64,000 nt of DNA, taken from NCBI GenBank assembly GCA_040954595.2, contig CM082597.2, positions 6,019,244-6,083,243 of the forward strand, read 5' to 3'. The position numbers were made by a program, and so were the translations under genes. Numbering within the stretch: position 1 is the first letter of the stretch; the number at the start of each line of letters is the position of its first letter. The notes beneath the pieces are model-generated. The model worked only from the letters and a program-made list of their open reading frames with translations. It did not search any database and was not told where the DNA came from. Shown piece by piece: positions 43,601 to 56,400 of the stretch. The DNA is from Balanoglossus misakiensis (Eukaryota; Animalia; Hemichordata).

Positions 43601-46600
43601 AGGTATTTAGATAGAACCACACAATTCATGAAGAGAGTTTATGAAGCATTTTTTGTGCCTGTGTACCTTTGTCAAAGCGTTGACATCATCGCCATTGCCT
43701 AGCAATGTTTGTACTTTGGCAATGTCCCCATTAAGAGTCGCCATTAATAGCTCTGGCCATTCCTATATGAAATGAAATAAGAACAATGAAAAACAATAAA
43801 GCGAATACCCAGGAGGCAGAAACACGACCATGGATGTTTTATACACAAGATTTGGATACAATTCGAGACAAAAAACGAACCGTTAGGCGAGTGCATGGAG
43901 CGAATTGTACCCAAATCTCATGTGTACCTAACTGATTCTGTGGCATACCAGTGTCATTTCCTTAACGAAACAGCGTCAGAAAAAGAAGTAACAAATGTGA
44001 ACCAACATGGTGACGAGGAATGTAAACTCAAGCGCCCGGGATCCTGTATTACACATGACCCATACAACAAAAAGTGACAAGACAGGCATTGCGCATGGCA
44101 AAATGCCAAAATATTCCCTCAGAGCATTTCATAATAAATCATCCGTAAATTCAACACTATTTTTACTTTTATTTTTTAGTTTAACCTCCAGCGACTGTGG
44201 TTTAACCGCACATTTTCCCAGCTGCATGCTAGTTCAGGGGCCCGTTTTACCACTGCCAGCCATTGTAAAACAGTAAATTTATACCTTCACTGGATTGAGC
44301 TCTCTTCCAATCAGAATGGCGGACGGTTGCATGGTATTATAATATATGTTGTACATATAACCTGTAGTACATTTTCACGCATACAAGCACAGTATAGTTA
44401 ACATAAAAATACAGCAGCAGCAAGTCAAACCGATATTTAATTTTAGTTTTAATAAATGATAAACATGTATATTTAAAATACAAAACGTAACAAAAACATG
44501 TATATTCGCAATCAGGTAGATTAGAATTATATTTACATCCGTGTCACTTGATATGGCATCAACTTCACATTTTTTTCTGGAGGCTCCATCTGCTGTATGG
44601 TTCGTGTCTCCATCTTTAAGGCAATAGTAAAAATGCAAATCTTACTCAGACTGTTGAAAATATAGCCTGTTTTCTCCACAGTCACAGGAATGTCAAAGAC
44701 AATATAAATCAATGAATACTGAAATTAAAATATGTAAATATACATTCTATGACAATTCCACAATGTTATACTATGACTCTGTAATTTTACAAAATGTAAT
44801 GCCTTGAATATTTTTTTCTGAAGCAATATTCAATATTTTGATTGATAATTTAAACAAGACAATTATTTTGCTAGTGGGCTCTTGCTTACCTTCTTCTTTT
44901 TCTGCAGCCCGATTTTGGTTTGCTTCTTCTGAAAAGGAGCAAACGTTTCAGCTGAACAAACATGCTTATACCTTATACCTTTATATAATATAATAATGTT
45001 AATTCGGTAATATAGGCCAGCGGCCTTTTCAACACACACCAATTAAACACTTGTAGAAATATAAGGGACTAATACAAGACATAGAGTCTACTGTAACTGC
45101 AGAGCAGTCTTCCTCAAGCTGAATACGTAAAAATAAATTTTGACAGAGGTCAAATAAAAAAATATGTGCCGCTCCGATTACCGATCTACCCTAAACTTAA
45201 CACGCCAACCCTTAACTTTTTTTAGCTTCCTAAACCGGGAGTAAAAATAACGATGTCAAATATACAAAATTTATGAAAATTGCGAGAATCACGCAAGAAC
45301 TATGACGTCATTCTTCTACACTACAGCGGCCAAAGATACATAAAAAAACTCCGTACCTACCCTATTTTTGAAAACCATGTAATCGGAACAGCACATATTT
45401 TTTATTTGGCCTAATGTATGTGGATGTTGGGAGGACAGTAAAGTTACAAATTTCGAGAGCGTAGGTGTTGCATAATAGCATTCTGGTATACATGTAAACT
45501 TTTTACATAAATCAAGGTACAAGGGGCAGATGAGACAAAAATGGAACTTGCAGGGTACAGACAGTACAAACTCTATCCCTGGAACCTTTTCTATGTCAAT
45601 AACGAAATTAAAACATGTAATTATGCATTCTATGACCGTTCCACAACAGTAAATTATTATATTATAATTTTACAAAAATTAATGTATTGCCATGAATATT
45701 TTATTCTATAGCTATATTCCATATTTTGAGTGATGATTTAATCAAGACGATTGTTTTGCTTGTGGAGTCTTTCTCATCTTTTTTTCCATCCTGATTTTGA
45801 TTTACTCCTCTTGGAAAGGGAGCAAACGTTTCAGCGCAACAAACGTCTTCATACTCTTAGTTTGATCAAAAGTAAGAAATAGCTATTACAGTTAATTCGT
45901 TCCCTGCGATCAGAAAATGTCGGATTTTATTTAAATAGGCAAAAAATATTTTTTGCCCAGCTAATGTCTGGTTTCGTAAGGTTGAATAATTAGGAAGGGC
46001 GAGTATACTGTGAGATATAACACAATTATTGTAGCACGACATATATGCACCAGCCGCAGACGAGTGATTATAGAGAGTGAATTGTGCTATATCACATGTT
46101 ATACTGACCCTCAGGTGGGTATTGCTAGTATTATATTTTATCATACATGCAACGCCTGTATTTGGCACTTTCTATTGTTTTACGGTATTTCACAATGTGA
46201 AATACAGCGTCCGCGTCTCGAACTCAGTATTTCTTTAGAACGCGCTGAAATCATCACACAATGTTGACTGTTGTGATCGGCGCGACAGTTCGCTGCGCGT
46301 GCGAGCGACGTACGGGGCATAGGACGCTAGTGGAGTGGGGTGTTGTAAAATTCGGTTATTAGAAGCTGTAATAACGTTTTCAAAGCTGGCGGTTTTGCCA
46401 TGTTGAATGTATCATTTTTACTTCTTCGAAATTCTCAACGCAAAATAATTGTTAACATATTTTTAAAGAGAACGTAGACAATTTTATTTAGAATGCGGAT
46501 GTGCCCATTGTAATGAAAGCTGCCAACCCCCTTAAAATGATACTACGGCCCACACGTCATACGTCACAACATGGCTACTGCCGTGATCCCAGCCAGAGCC

Positions 46601-47073
46601 GGCCAGGGCGCCCGGTTCAAATTTGAAATCGTTATTCTCAGGGCATTTTCGCAAATCGTACTGTTTTATAGGTAGGCATGTATGATAAAGGGGTTATTAC
46701 ACGAATTTTGGTCTATAACGCGACGCATTCTCGTGATGTCCGTATTTTGACTCGTTGCGCTTGTCAAAATACGGACATCACTCGAATACGACGCGTTATC
46801 GACCAAAATTTGTGTAATAACCCCTAAATATCAACTCTTAGTAAACATTTGATAAGAAAGGGTTGCATTCAAAGACATCTTGAGAGGGTTGTTTGCTCAT
46901 AACAGTGGTTAAATAATACTAGCCCCAGAAAAGCAATATACTGGTACATGTAATACCAAAGAAATACACACATACTCCAAATATAGACACCTACTACCTT
47001 ACTTTATATATGTATGTATATGCAAATAAATAACATTCATACCTGTGTGTTGCAATGGCATGATACTATCCAT
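22680..47073 (-). CDS. Ankyrin-repeat protein, ~910 aa, 26 single-repeat phase-0 exons after a short low-complexity N-terminus
   Basis: N-terminal exons (less certain): 47043-47073 (MDSIMPLQHT), 44890-44928, 44537-44613. Ankyrin exons: 43667-43762, 43294-43395, 42789-42887, 42354-42452, 41618(or 41612)-41716, 40665-40763, 39965-40063, 39582-39680, 38744-38842, 38361-38459, 38016-38114, 36902-37000, 36202-36300, 35819-35917, 35474-35572, 34645-34743, 34396-34494, 33856-33954, 32901-32999, 32154-32252, 31843-31941, 26289-26387, 24812-24910, 24111-24230, 23416-23511, 22680-22769 (..YQPTDK*). Most are 99 nt and fit T(P/A)LH.AA..G..E.V..L..AGA, e.g. LGQTPLHLAARRGNAEMVKVFINSGVDVK. Confidence 0.85.
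22990..24090. repeat. Diverged ~270-bp repeat in two adjacent introns (~22990-23260 and ~23782-24090)
   Basis: Shared blocks atactggcataaattact, gtcctgaaacg, ctgagcctcag.gcctatacataa, aaggattaatgc. Confidence 0.7.
26723..28420 (-). mobile_element. Degenerate non-LTR retrotransposon ORF2 (CR1/L2-like reverse transcriptase), frameshifted, intronic
   Basis: Motifs KETWEVIN, KATGWDNI, LFIDFSKAF, GVPQGSIL, LYADD, LYNAFVLPHI, WNSIP spread over several frames. An upstream piece (YYKRYRNILTGVLRKAK) lies at ~31281-31345. Confidence 0.88.
28413..31266. mobile_element. Non-autonomous DNA element with ~280-bp TIRs inserted into the LINE
   Basis: 28413-28697 is the reverse complement of ~30983-31266; LINE ORF2 residues continue on both sides. 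Confidence 0.75.
29385..30895 (-). mobile_element. Helentron/HINE-like non-autonomous element with an internal ~145-bp tandem array
   Basis: Terminal hairpin agctcagctgacacaagtgacagccgagct next to an A-run, (GACG)n microsatellite at ~30805-30840, ~145-bp units at 30257, 30400, 30545, 30690. Family assigned by architecture only; left boundary approximate. Confidence 0.55.
31660..31768. repeat. (TGAA)n/(TGTA)n microsatellite
   Basis: Direct reading. Confidence 0.9.
33388..33710. mobile_element. TTAA-flanked MITE (second Kolobok-like family)
   Basis: ttaaagcgactagctcgtctcacacgcatgt ... acatgcgtgtgagacgagctaggcgctttaa. Confidence 0.8.
35221..41203. repeat. Recent intragenic tandem duplications: 35221-37440 repeated from 37763 (offset 2542), plus a nested 1221-bp duplication (~38170-39391 / ~39392-40612)
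   Basis: Identical ORFs recur at offsets 2542, 1221 and 3763 in the ORF track; introns look identical by eye. Confidence 0.92.
45147..45412. mobile_element. MITE with ~35-bp imperfect TIRs
   Basis: aggtcaaataaaaaaatatgtgccgctccgattac versus gtaatcggaacagcacatattttttatttggcct. Confidence 0.7.
46690..46824. repeat. ~135-bp imperfect palindrome, probably MITE-derived
   Basis: ggggttattacacgaattttggtc...gtattttgac / gtcaaaatac...gaccaaaatttgtgtaataacccc. Confidence 0.8.
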
Positions 47074-47317
47074 GAGGTGTGTGCGATCTGGTCTGCTTAA
47101 ACTCTTGTTAGCTGTCATACAATATATGTTTTGTATTTTTCGTACCATGTCTGCCAGGGCGTCTGTTGATGAAGCAAGTTACACTTAAACAAACTACAAT
47201 ATAATTATTTATCATACACCATTATCCATTATACAAACATATAAAAGTATAAAAAGGAGAATTATTGCATATGTACTACAGATTATTCTGTGGTTCACTA
47301 CTACATAACTTTGGTAT

Positions 47318-47498
47318 AGCCCCTCATTACTGTGAGAGTGAAGAAAATAGTCCCTTTCAAAATTCAATTTTTTTGGAGCCCGTCATTACTGTGAGAGTGA
47401 AGAAAATAGTCCCTTTCAAAATTCAATTTTTTTGGAGCCCGTCATTACTGTGAGAGTGAAGAAAATAGTCCCTTTCAAAATTCATTTTTTTTTGGAGC
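47318..47498. repeat. 59-bp tandem repeat, 3 copies
   Basis: Unit agccc(c/g)tcattactgtgagagtgaagaaaatagtccc... at 47318, 47377, 47436. Confidence 0.92.
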
Positions 47499-48333
47499 AT
47501 TTGTTGAATAAACTATTGACAAGCAAGTTCTATTTTACACTTAGTTAGTTTTTTTTCTTGATATTTATAACAAACTTCACACATAACATGTCAAAACTTA
47601 CATATAGAATGAATTGAGATTATTAAAAGCCATGAAATAACTATGCAAATTAGTCATGTGTCCATTAAATAATTTGTGTTGGTATTTCATGGCTATTTAT
47701 GTAAATGAGTAAGGTGTGGGACTAAGTTCTGTTTGTAAACATCGAAAACAAAGAACGCTACAGCTTACTTATGATCACCGAAACGCGGGGATTTTAAAAC
47801 ATTCTTGCACTTCATTTTATAATCCTTCCCACATTTTGTCAGAATAATAAAACATTCAGTTGTCAGTGTGTTTGGGAACGTCGAAAATTACAAAAATCTC
47901 TCGCTATCGCCAGTGTTTCAAAATTTATCACTGCGATCTCGCGACCTCAGGTAAACCACTGATGAATGACCAAACATGATCGCCGAAACGTGGACATTTT
48001 TAAACTTTCTTACACGTTCTTTTATTATCTTTCTCAACTATTGTCAGAGTAACAGACCATTTGATTGTCAGTATGTTTTGGAACCTCTAAATTACGAAAA
48101 AACTCGTTATCGCCAGTATTTTCATAATTTACTGCTGTGATCTCGCGACCTCAGCTGAATCACTGATGAAAAGACTCGACTTGACCCTAATTTGCATAAC
48201 AAAGGTTGCGTCATTTTGTCCAATGAGCAGCCATCTCTGGGTTGCATAGCCTTTGGCGCATCACTGTTATGAAAATCAATACGCCACGATCGAAACTTTG
48301 ATTTTCGTCAAATCTGGGGAAACATATGCAATA

Positions 48334-48507
48334 ATAACAGAACTTCATGACCTGTGCGCGCGATCTGTGCAATATGGATGTTTTTTTCACTCCTGATAAG
48401 GTGTATCGCTTCGCTCGTAAAAATACTCGGAAGAATACACCTTATCACTCATGAAAATAACTTCCGTACTGCACAGATCGCGCGCACAGGTCATGAAGTT
48501 CTGTCAT
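48334..48507. mobile_element. Palindromic MITE
   Basis: ataacagaacttcatgacctgtgcgcgcgatctgtgca ... tgcacagatcgcgcgcacaggtcatgaagttctgtcat. Confidence 0.8.
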
Positions 48508-48936
48508 ATTACTATGTGGTTCACTACTACATAACTCTCATTAAAACCCTTTGTACCCCGCTCAGGTCTTTTCCACCACAGAGTGACCTTTTGAGCCCTA
48601 AATCTTGAATAGGCTGACGTCAAGACATAAAAGTGACAGAAAACCTATAAAGCAAGTGTAAAATACAGCTTTTGAGTGTAGGATTCAGTAGTCCTCTCGA
48701 GATTATCCAGCAATGCGCGCCTATTATTATAACCCATGATATTTTTCTTTGTTTGACGTCATCATATACGAGTGGTTTTAGCAGAGCCGTGCAACTTTGA
48801 GTCGAGACGCGAAGATGTACAACTCTGTAAAAAACCAAGAGTGGTGTTTTATTTGGCAGGATTACGTTCTTTCCCCTGCGCAACAATCTGTGACCCCAAT
48901 GAGATATGCAAATGATGGAATCAAAATCTTTCATAA

Positions 48937-49739
48937 GGCTGCATTCACAAACACCTCTGGAGGGGGGGGGGAGAATTCAATTTTTTTTACCGTTAATTTT
49001 CACATGCCCCCCTCAACAACCCGAAATATTTTCAAATACCCCCTTCCGAACTGCTAAAATTTTCAAATCCCCCCCCCATTTTCTTTCACACAGCAAAACA
49101 CATCACCTATCTATGTAATATCTTGTAAAAAAGAAAAACAGCGCTCCCATGAAAATAATTTGAAATTGATGTTTCCTCTCATCAGTGGGTTTAAAACTGA
49201 ACATTGTTTTTAATTTTTAAGTATTTTGTATTCTGTGTTGGGAGACATTGTAAACCGAGAATGGAAGGGGGTGGGTTTGGGAGGGGGTGTCCCCCTCCCA
49301 CGTAAGAAAATTTTATAAAATACAGAGCTCAAAGCTGCATTTTAATGAACCCGGCAAAAGCAAATTAACTCAACGACCAGTATGTTGGCGAAGACAAATT
49401 TAACCATCGGCGCTCAAAGTTATCATGGTGTAGGGGCAAGTCCCCTGACCTGGGACACTAGATAAACCAGTCAATGATTGAAAGGTGTTGATGAATGGAG
49501 GGGGTGGGTGTGGGAGGGGGTGCCCTCCCACATTAGAAAATTTTGTAAAATAAAGGGCGCGAAACTGCATTTTTGTGGACTCAAACTAAATATTTAGTCG
49601 TCAAAGTTTTCAAGTCCCCCCCTTTCAGTCCCTAAATTATTTCAAATCCCCCCCCTTACATACCCTCAATTTTTTCAAATCCCCCCCCCCCTCAATTCTC
49701 CTGCCCCCCCCCCCTCCAGAGGTGTTTGTGAATGCAGCC
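48937..49739. mobile_element. PIF/Harbinger-like MITE with TAA TSD
   Basis: TAA-ggctgcattcacaaacacctctggagggg ... cccctccagaggtgtttgtgaatgcagcc-TAA. Confidence 0.82.
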
Positions 49740-50908
49740 TAAATGAAATCAACTTTTAAGTTTTATACACTTTGAGTCCTGTCTACACCAATCAGATTCG
49801 CGGAGTCAGTCACATGGACCAGGATTTTGATACATTCTGCCTGTCAATCATCGTCTCACGCTGTGTACGTGTCAACACAACGTTCTAACAAGTCATCGCA
49901 TCGAGTTCACCGTCAGTTGCAGAAACTGTTAATGTGACATGATATGAAAAATAATAGTCTAAGAAATGACGGCAAGGTCAATTCAGCGCAGTGGTGTTTC
50001 CACAGAAAAACACCGTGTTTATATGATCAAAGCACAATAAATGACTGATTTATCTGATATGTTATCTTACCTATTATTAACAGGTCAGGAGGTGTTGTAT
50101 ATTTATCCTATTAAGGAAATGAACAGATGTATTAGACATACGGGTGGGTATTTGGGGTAGGGACGGGGGGGGGGGGGGGGAGGTGAGGGGAATGCTATGT
50201 TTCACACAATCATTTCACTTATCAGGAAGACATTTTGTGCTATCATGATTAATATGAAATAATATGACTGCAAGTTAGGCAACATGGTCCCACATTTACC
50301 TCTGTATTTCATTCAAAATAGTTACCCTACAACATAGCTGCATTGCAGGATTTCTTAAGCACACAAGTACTGCCATCATGACCATGAAATGAAAAGTACT
50401 AGTAAAGATATTTGGGAACATGTAAGAACATTATGAATACCAATAATTCTATCACTTTAGATTTGCAATACAATGCATGAATCTAACACAAGCGGCGAAG
50501 TCGCAGCATTGCATCTGAATGATGTTTCACTTAAATCGTATAATAAAGGCATTAAAGTTATAAATAAATTTGTCATATACATGGAGCTGGAGCTTGCAGT
50601 ATTTAATTTTTCGAACCAGAATGGTAGACGAGCAGCAAATTTGTAAGGGATTTTACATTTTCTCATATTCGGAGTGACGTCAAGAATAGCGCCCTCCACT
50701 GAGCGAGGGGGAAACAAAATCTACTGAAAATCTGTTGTGTACTAGTGTTAACGTTTTCCGCGATTTTTGAACAAAAATGTGACGGAGACCTAAACAGTCC
50801 ACCTCTTTAAACCGGTAGCGCGCAGGCAGACTCGCGCGAGCTGCTCACAAACAGCGCTGTCTCCACACACAGCAGTTGGAACTCACCGGAAAGCAGGCGT
50901 CTTGGTGA

Positions 50909-52200
50909 ATCTCGTGATCACGACTTAGTATCTCGTGATCTCGACTTAGTATCTCGTGATCTCGACTTAGTAGTATCTCGACTTAGTATCTCGTGATCAC
51001 GACTTAGTATCTCGTGATCTCGACTTAGTATCTCGTGATCTCGACTTAGTAGTATCTCGACTTAGTATCTCGTGATCACGACTTAGTATCTCGTGATCAC
51101 GACTTAGTATCTCGTGATCTCGACTTAGTATCTCGTGATCTCGACTTAGTATCTCGTGATCTCGACTTAGTATCTCGTGATCTCGACTTAGTATCTCGTG
51201 ATCTCGACTTAGTATCTCGTTATCACGACTTAGTATCTCGTGATCTCGACTTAGTATCTCGTGATAGTATCTCGTGATCTCGACTTAGTATCTCGTGATC
51301 TCGACTTAGTATCTCGTGATCTCGACTTAGTATCTCGTGATCTGGACTTAGTATCTCATGATCTCGACTTAGTATCTCGTGATCTCGACTTAGTATCTCG
51401 TGATCTCGACTTAGTATCTCGTGAGTCGGTGATCTCGACTTAGTATCTCGTGATCTCGACTTAGTATCTCGTGATCTCGACTTAGTATCGACTTAGTATC
51501 TCGTGATCTCGACTTAGTATCTCGTGATCTCGACTTAGTATCTCGTCATCACGACTTAGTATCTCGTGATCTCGACTTAGTATCTCGTGATCTCGACTTA
51601 GTATCTCGTGATCTCGACTTAGTATCTCGTGATCACGACCTAGTATCTCGTGATCACGACCTAGTATCTCGTGATCTCGACCTAGTATCTCGTGATCTCG
51701 ACCTAGTATCTCGTGATCTCGACTTAGTATCTCGTGATCTCGACTTAGTATCTCGTGAGTCGGTGATCTCGACTTAGTATCTCGTGATCTCGACTTAGTA
51801 TCTCGTGATCTCGACTTAGTATCTCGTGATCTCGACTTAGTATCTCGTCATCACGACTTAGTATCTCGTGATCTCGACTTAGTATCTCGTGATCTCGACT
51901 TAGTATCTCGTGATCACGACTTAGTATCTCGTGATCTCGACTTAGTATCTCGTGATCTCGACCTAGTATCTCGTGATCTCGACCTAGTATCTCGTGATCT
52001 CGACCTAGTATCTCGTGATCTCGACTTAGTATCTCGTGATCTCGACTTAGTATCTCGTGATCTCGACTTAGTATCTCGTGATCTCGACTTAGTATCTCGT
52101 GATCTCGACTTAGTATCTCGTGATCTCGACTTAGTATCTCGTGATCTCGACTTAGTATATCGTGATCTCGACTTAGTATCTCGTGATCACGACTTAGTAT
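50909..52200. repeat. 21-bp minisatellite (ATCTCGTGATCTCGACTTAGT), ~60 copies
   Basis: Direct reading; no unique spacers, only point variants and short indels. Confidence 0.95.
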
Positions 52201-52363
52201 ACACTTTTCCATATTGAAAAGGTTTTCTCCTAGCATCAATATGGAAAAGTGTATTCTCCTGCGCATCTATACCACCATACATATGGCTAACACAGAATTC
52301 AAAATTCAACAGGTGGTGGGGATCAGGACCAATATGACCTTAACCTATATGTCCTCACCTAAA

Positions 52364-53200
52364 TTACTTAAACTTCATAGAGCTCAGCACTGCCTTTCCA
52401 AATGTGCCTCCGCCCTCTAACATGTCTCTCAGATAGAAAGAGGTAAATGTTGTGTTCACTGCCCAAGAGGCAGCCTCCATGATGTCATTCATAGGTACTC
52501 CTTGGAATAATGCCCATGAAGAGGATAAACTTCTGGTGTCATGTGCTCTCACTTTTAGCCAGGAAACCTGCTGCTGGGATGAGTGTAACCCCACCTGAAT
52601 CCCAACGAATGTGTCCTTCATTAACAGACAGTGCGTGTAAATAACTGCATCGTCTACCTGACACAATTGCTAGTAAAAATATTGTTTTTAAGGTGACCCA
52701 TTTTAGAGGTGCTGAACTCATGGGTTCAAAAGGCTTCTTATTTAGCATAAGTAGTACCAAGGGTAAGTCCCATGATGGGGTTAACCGCCTGGTTGGTGGC
52801 CTGCATTGAAAATAGGCTTTGATCAACTTTTCCAGTTCTTTATTCATACCCACAGGAACACCTTGCCAACCTGGGTGAACTGCTGAGATAGCCGCACGGT
52901 ATCCAGCTATAGTTTTTGCTTGTAATTTTTTTATGACAAAAAGATATTCAAGAAAGTCTATTTGGCCTAGAGTTGCTGACAGTGGAGATATATCTCTCTC
53001 TCTAGCCCAAGCGAAAAATATTCTGACTCTTGAGTCGTATGTTTTGTAAGTGGACTTTCTTCGTGCCTTTGAGGCTCTGACTGCAGCTGGGACAGAAAAG
53101 CCTTTCTCAATGAACTGATCCTTGATAACTTCCATGCAGTTAACTTGAATATCTGAGGAACTGGATGACAGATTTTGCTGTGTGGCTGGTACAGCATTTT
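52364..53200 (-). pseudogene. DIRS tyrosine recombinase, frameshifted
   Basis: PSWDLPLVL, TLKTIFLLAIVSGRRCS in ORF 52539-53381; RAHDTR, AASW, TFTSFY in ORF 52364-52666. The central catalytic region appears shortened. Confidence 0.85.
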
Positions 53201-53479
53201 GTCTTGTATTGGAAGACGAAGTGGAATGTCCACTAGCAGTTCCATCAGCTCTGGGAACCATGGTTGTTTTGGCCAGAATGGTGCTATCAGGATTACTATG
53301 CAATCCTGATTCCTGATTTTTTTCAGAACTTTGTGTAAGAGAATTAACAGAGGATACGCGTAGGCGAACATTCCCTCCCACGGAATTGCCAATGCGTCCA
53401 TTGCAAAGGCTTCTGGGTCTGGAATCGGTGATACATAAATTGGGAGTTGTTTGTTTCTCTTTGTTGCAAACAGATCTAT
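52967..53479 (-). pseudogene. DIRS adenine-methyltransferase-like domain (C-terminus of the RT ORF, split off by the insertion)
   Basis: IDLFATKRN..DALAIPW..AYAYP..ILIAPFWPKQPWFPEL, typical of DIRS MT domains. Confidence 0.82.
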
Positions 53480-56400
53480 TAGACCATGAGCCAGTAGGGG
53501 TTTACCTCCCCCCCCCTGGGGGAATTTTCTAGACAATGTTTTTCTGAAAGCCTATCATATACTGAGTAAAATTCACTTTGTTTGCCATCTGGGCACCGGG
53601 GCGTTTTCGAGTTATTGGCTTCTAAATTATATTGGGTAACGTATGTAGGAAAGCCTAAAAGTGCATATAAATTGACGTAGGGGGGTAAATTAGTCTTGTA
53701 AAATACTGTCTCTCGGAACGTATACCTCGAACAACAGGCATGTATTTGGTATCAAAAGAAAGCTTAATAAACAAGCTTTCCATTAATTACAAAATAAAAG
53801 TGATATGACAAATCATGACATCATAGTGACGTCATAAGTCAAAATACCCTTACGAAAATGGTGTTCTGTTCACCTACATTTTGTATAAATGTGAGGTTTT
53901 GCAAAACATGTCTCTGTGCAATTGTACTGATGAAAACTGTGATGTGTTTGATATCAACAGAAAGCTGATTGAGTAAAGTATCTAATTATTGCAAAAAATT
54001 GATATAATAATCAATTACGTCATCATTACGTCATACTTCCAAGTACCCTTACCAATTAGTGACTATGATGACAAGTTATTACCCTAGGAGATAGGTGCCT
54101 TTAAATAAAAACATTGGTAAGGAAGGTTTGTGAAGTCCATTCTATGTAAAAAATGGTGCTGATTCCAAAAAAGTCAGTCTTATTGACCCCACCCAAGACA
54201 AAATTGCCATTTTGGCACTTTTTAACCCAAAAAAGGTCATTTTTAGAAAACACTAAAAACACACTGTTTTCGTCACATTCGAAGATCTGATGACATATGA
54301 TATGCCTATTCTGTGTTAAATTTGGTTGATATTACGAAAAAAGCAGTCTGACTGACCCCACCCAAGACAAAATTGCCATTTTGGCACTTTTTAACCCAAA
54401 AAAGGTCATTTTTAGAAAACACTAAAAACACACTGTTTTCGTCACATTCGAAGATCTGATGACATATGATATGCCTATTCTATGTAAAATTTGGTTGATA
54501 TTACGAAAAAAGCAGTCTGACTGACCCCAAACGAGACAGAATTGCCTTTTTGACCATTTTTTGCCCAAAAACGTCATTTTTAGACAAAACTTAAAACACA
54601 CTCTTCTCTTCATATTGATTGATTTGATGATATATGGAAAGTCAATTCTATGTGTAAAATGGTGACTATAAAACATAAAGCAGTCTTTTTGACCCCAATC
54701 AATACAAAAATGCCATTTTTGGCCACATTTTTGAGGTCAAAAAAGTCATTTTTACAAAAAAACTAAAAAACAAACTGTTTTCTTCATATTCAGAGATCTG
54801 ATTATGTATGAAAAGTCCATTCTATGTATAAAAAAAATCTGATTGACCCCATTCTAGTCAAAATTGCGTTTTTGGCAATTTATTGCCTAAAAAGACCTAC
54901 TTAAGACAAATTTATAATTTTAAACATTTTCTAGAGAAAAAAATGTTTGCAACTAATAATAAATAAAAGTCCATTCTATCTTAAAAGTAGCGATTTTTCC
55001 AAAAAAGCACTCTTACTGACTCCACAGAGGGAAAAAATGCCATTTTGGCCACTTTGCTCAAAAAGGGTAACTGTTTGAAACTTCTTTCTTTATTTTCAGA
55101 GATCTTATGATTGTTGAAAGGGAGCCGATTCCAAAAAAAAAATTATTTTCAGCCCTACAAATTGTCATTTTGGCCATTTTTTGGTCAAAAAGGTCATTTC
55201 AAGAAAAAATGAAAACAAGCTGTTTTCTTCGTATTTAAATGTTTGATTATGAATGGAAAGTCCATTTTTTGCAAAAAAATATGCTGATACCAACACAACA
55301 GTCTTATTAAGACCCCACTCAATACAAAATTGCCACTAAGCCATCTTCTAGTCAACAATTGTCTTTTTCAGAAAACAAAATAATTGGTGTTTTTTGCCTT
55401 TTGAGTTTTGATGTTATATTTGCATATTTAAAATGTCATACCATATGATATCAGTTGAATTGATGATATTGAAAGGCAGAGTTGCCACAAGTTGGCACAT
55501 TTAGCCTAAAATGGAACTCAACAATAAAACGAGACGATCCATGTATTCACACTGTATACTATAAGTCGGTTATACATGGTATAAATTTTTTTATGTACAT
55601 CTATACCAGCTCCGGATAGATTGTTGACATTTATCCTCTTCGTTCTGAATACAAAATCAGAAATTATATTATATCATGATACCTCCGTCATATTGATTGG
55701 ACAGGGGTGTAATCCCACGATGCTAAATACTCAATAGAGCTAAAACTGGCCCCTGAACTAGCACACAACAGGGAAAATGTGGGTTTAAACCTAATAAATA
55801 TACTAAAAACTCTTAAATTCCTTGACGTTTCAATTTGGAGATGCTCTAAGTGAATATTTGGGACTTTGCCATGTGCAGTGCCTGTCTTTTTGTCGCCTGT
55901 ATCATGTTTAATGCTTGGTCCTGGGCGACGTGTTTAGATTCATCGATGCGACTTTGGTTCAATTCGTATAACTTCTTTTACTCTCGACGCTGTTTCATCA
56001 TCATTATGAGTTCAATTTGGGCTATCTCCAAATGCAAAATTTTTTTTCTCTAGAAAATGTTTAAAATGATAAATTTGTCTTAAGTAGGTCTTTTAGGCAA
56101 TAAATTGCCAAAAACGCAATTTTGACTAGAATGGGGTCAATCAGATTTTTTTTTTACATAGAATGGACTTTTCATACATAATCAGATCTCTGAATATGAA
56201 GAAAACAGTTTGTTTTTTAGTTTTTTTGTAAAAATGACTTTTTTGACCTCAAAAATGTGGCCAAAAATGGCATTTTTGTATTGATTGGGGTCAAAAAGAC
56301 TGCTTTATGTTTTATAGTCACCATTTTACACATAGAATTGACTTTCCATATATCATCAAATCAATCAATATGAAGAGAAGAGTGTGTTTTAAGTTTTGTC

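Noticed and set aside
47955-48025. Hammerhead-like CTGATGA...GAAAC...GTT
   Set aside because: Stem III is possible but stems I and II do not pair convincingly; it lies in a diverged ~210-bp tandem repeat.
47289-48536. 22-bp direct repeat tgtggttcactactacataact about 1.2 kb apart
   Set aside because: Probably the ends of related repeat fragments; no TSD or coding capacity to define an element.
50909-52200. CRISPR-like array, or coding repeats (SRDHEIL)n / (SRDLDLV)n
   Set aside because: No unique spacers, no cas genes, eukaryotic context; the ORFs result from a stop-free 21-bp unit and are broken by indels.
55840-56030. Possible transposase remnant in the foldback centre
   Set aside because: It matches a non-coding repeat family also seen at ~43840-44130 and ~41890-42200 and has no transposase motifs.
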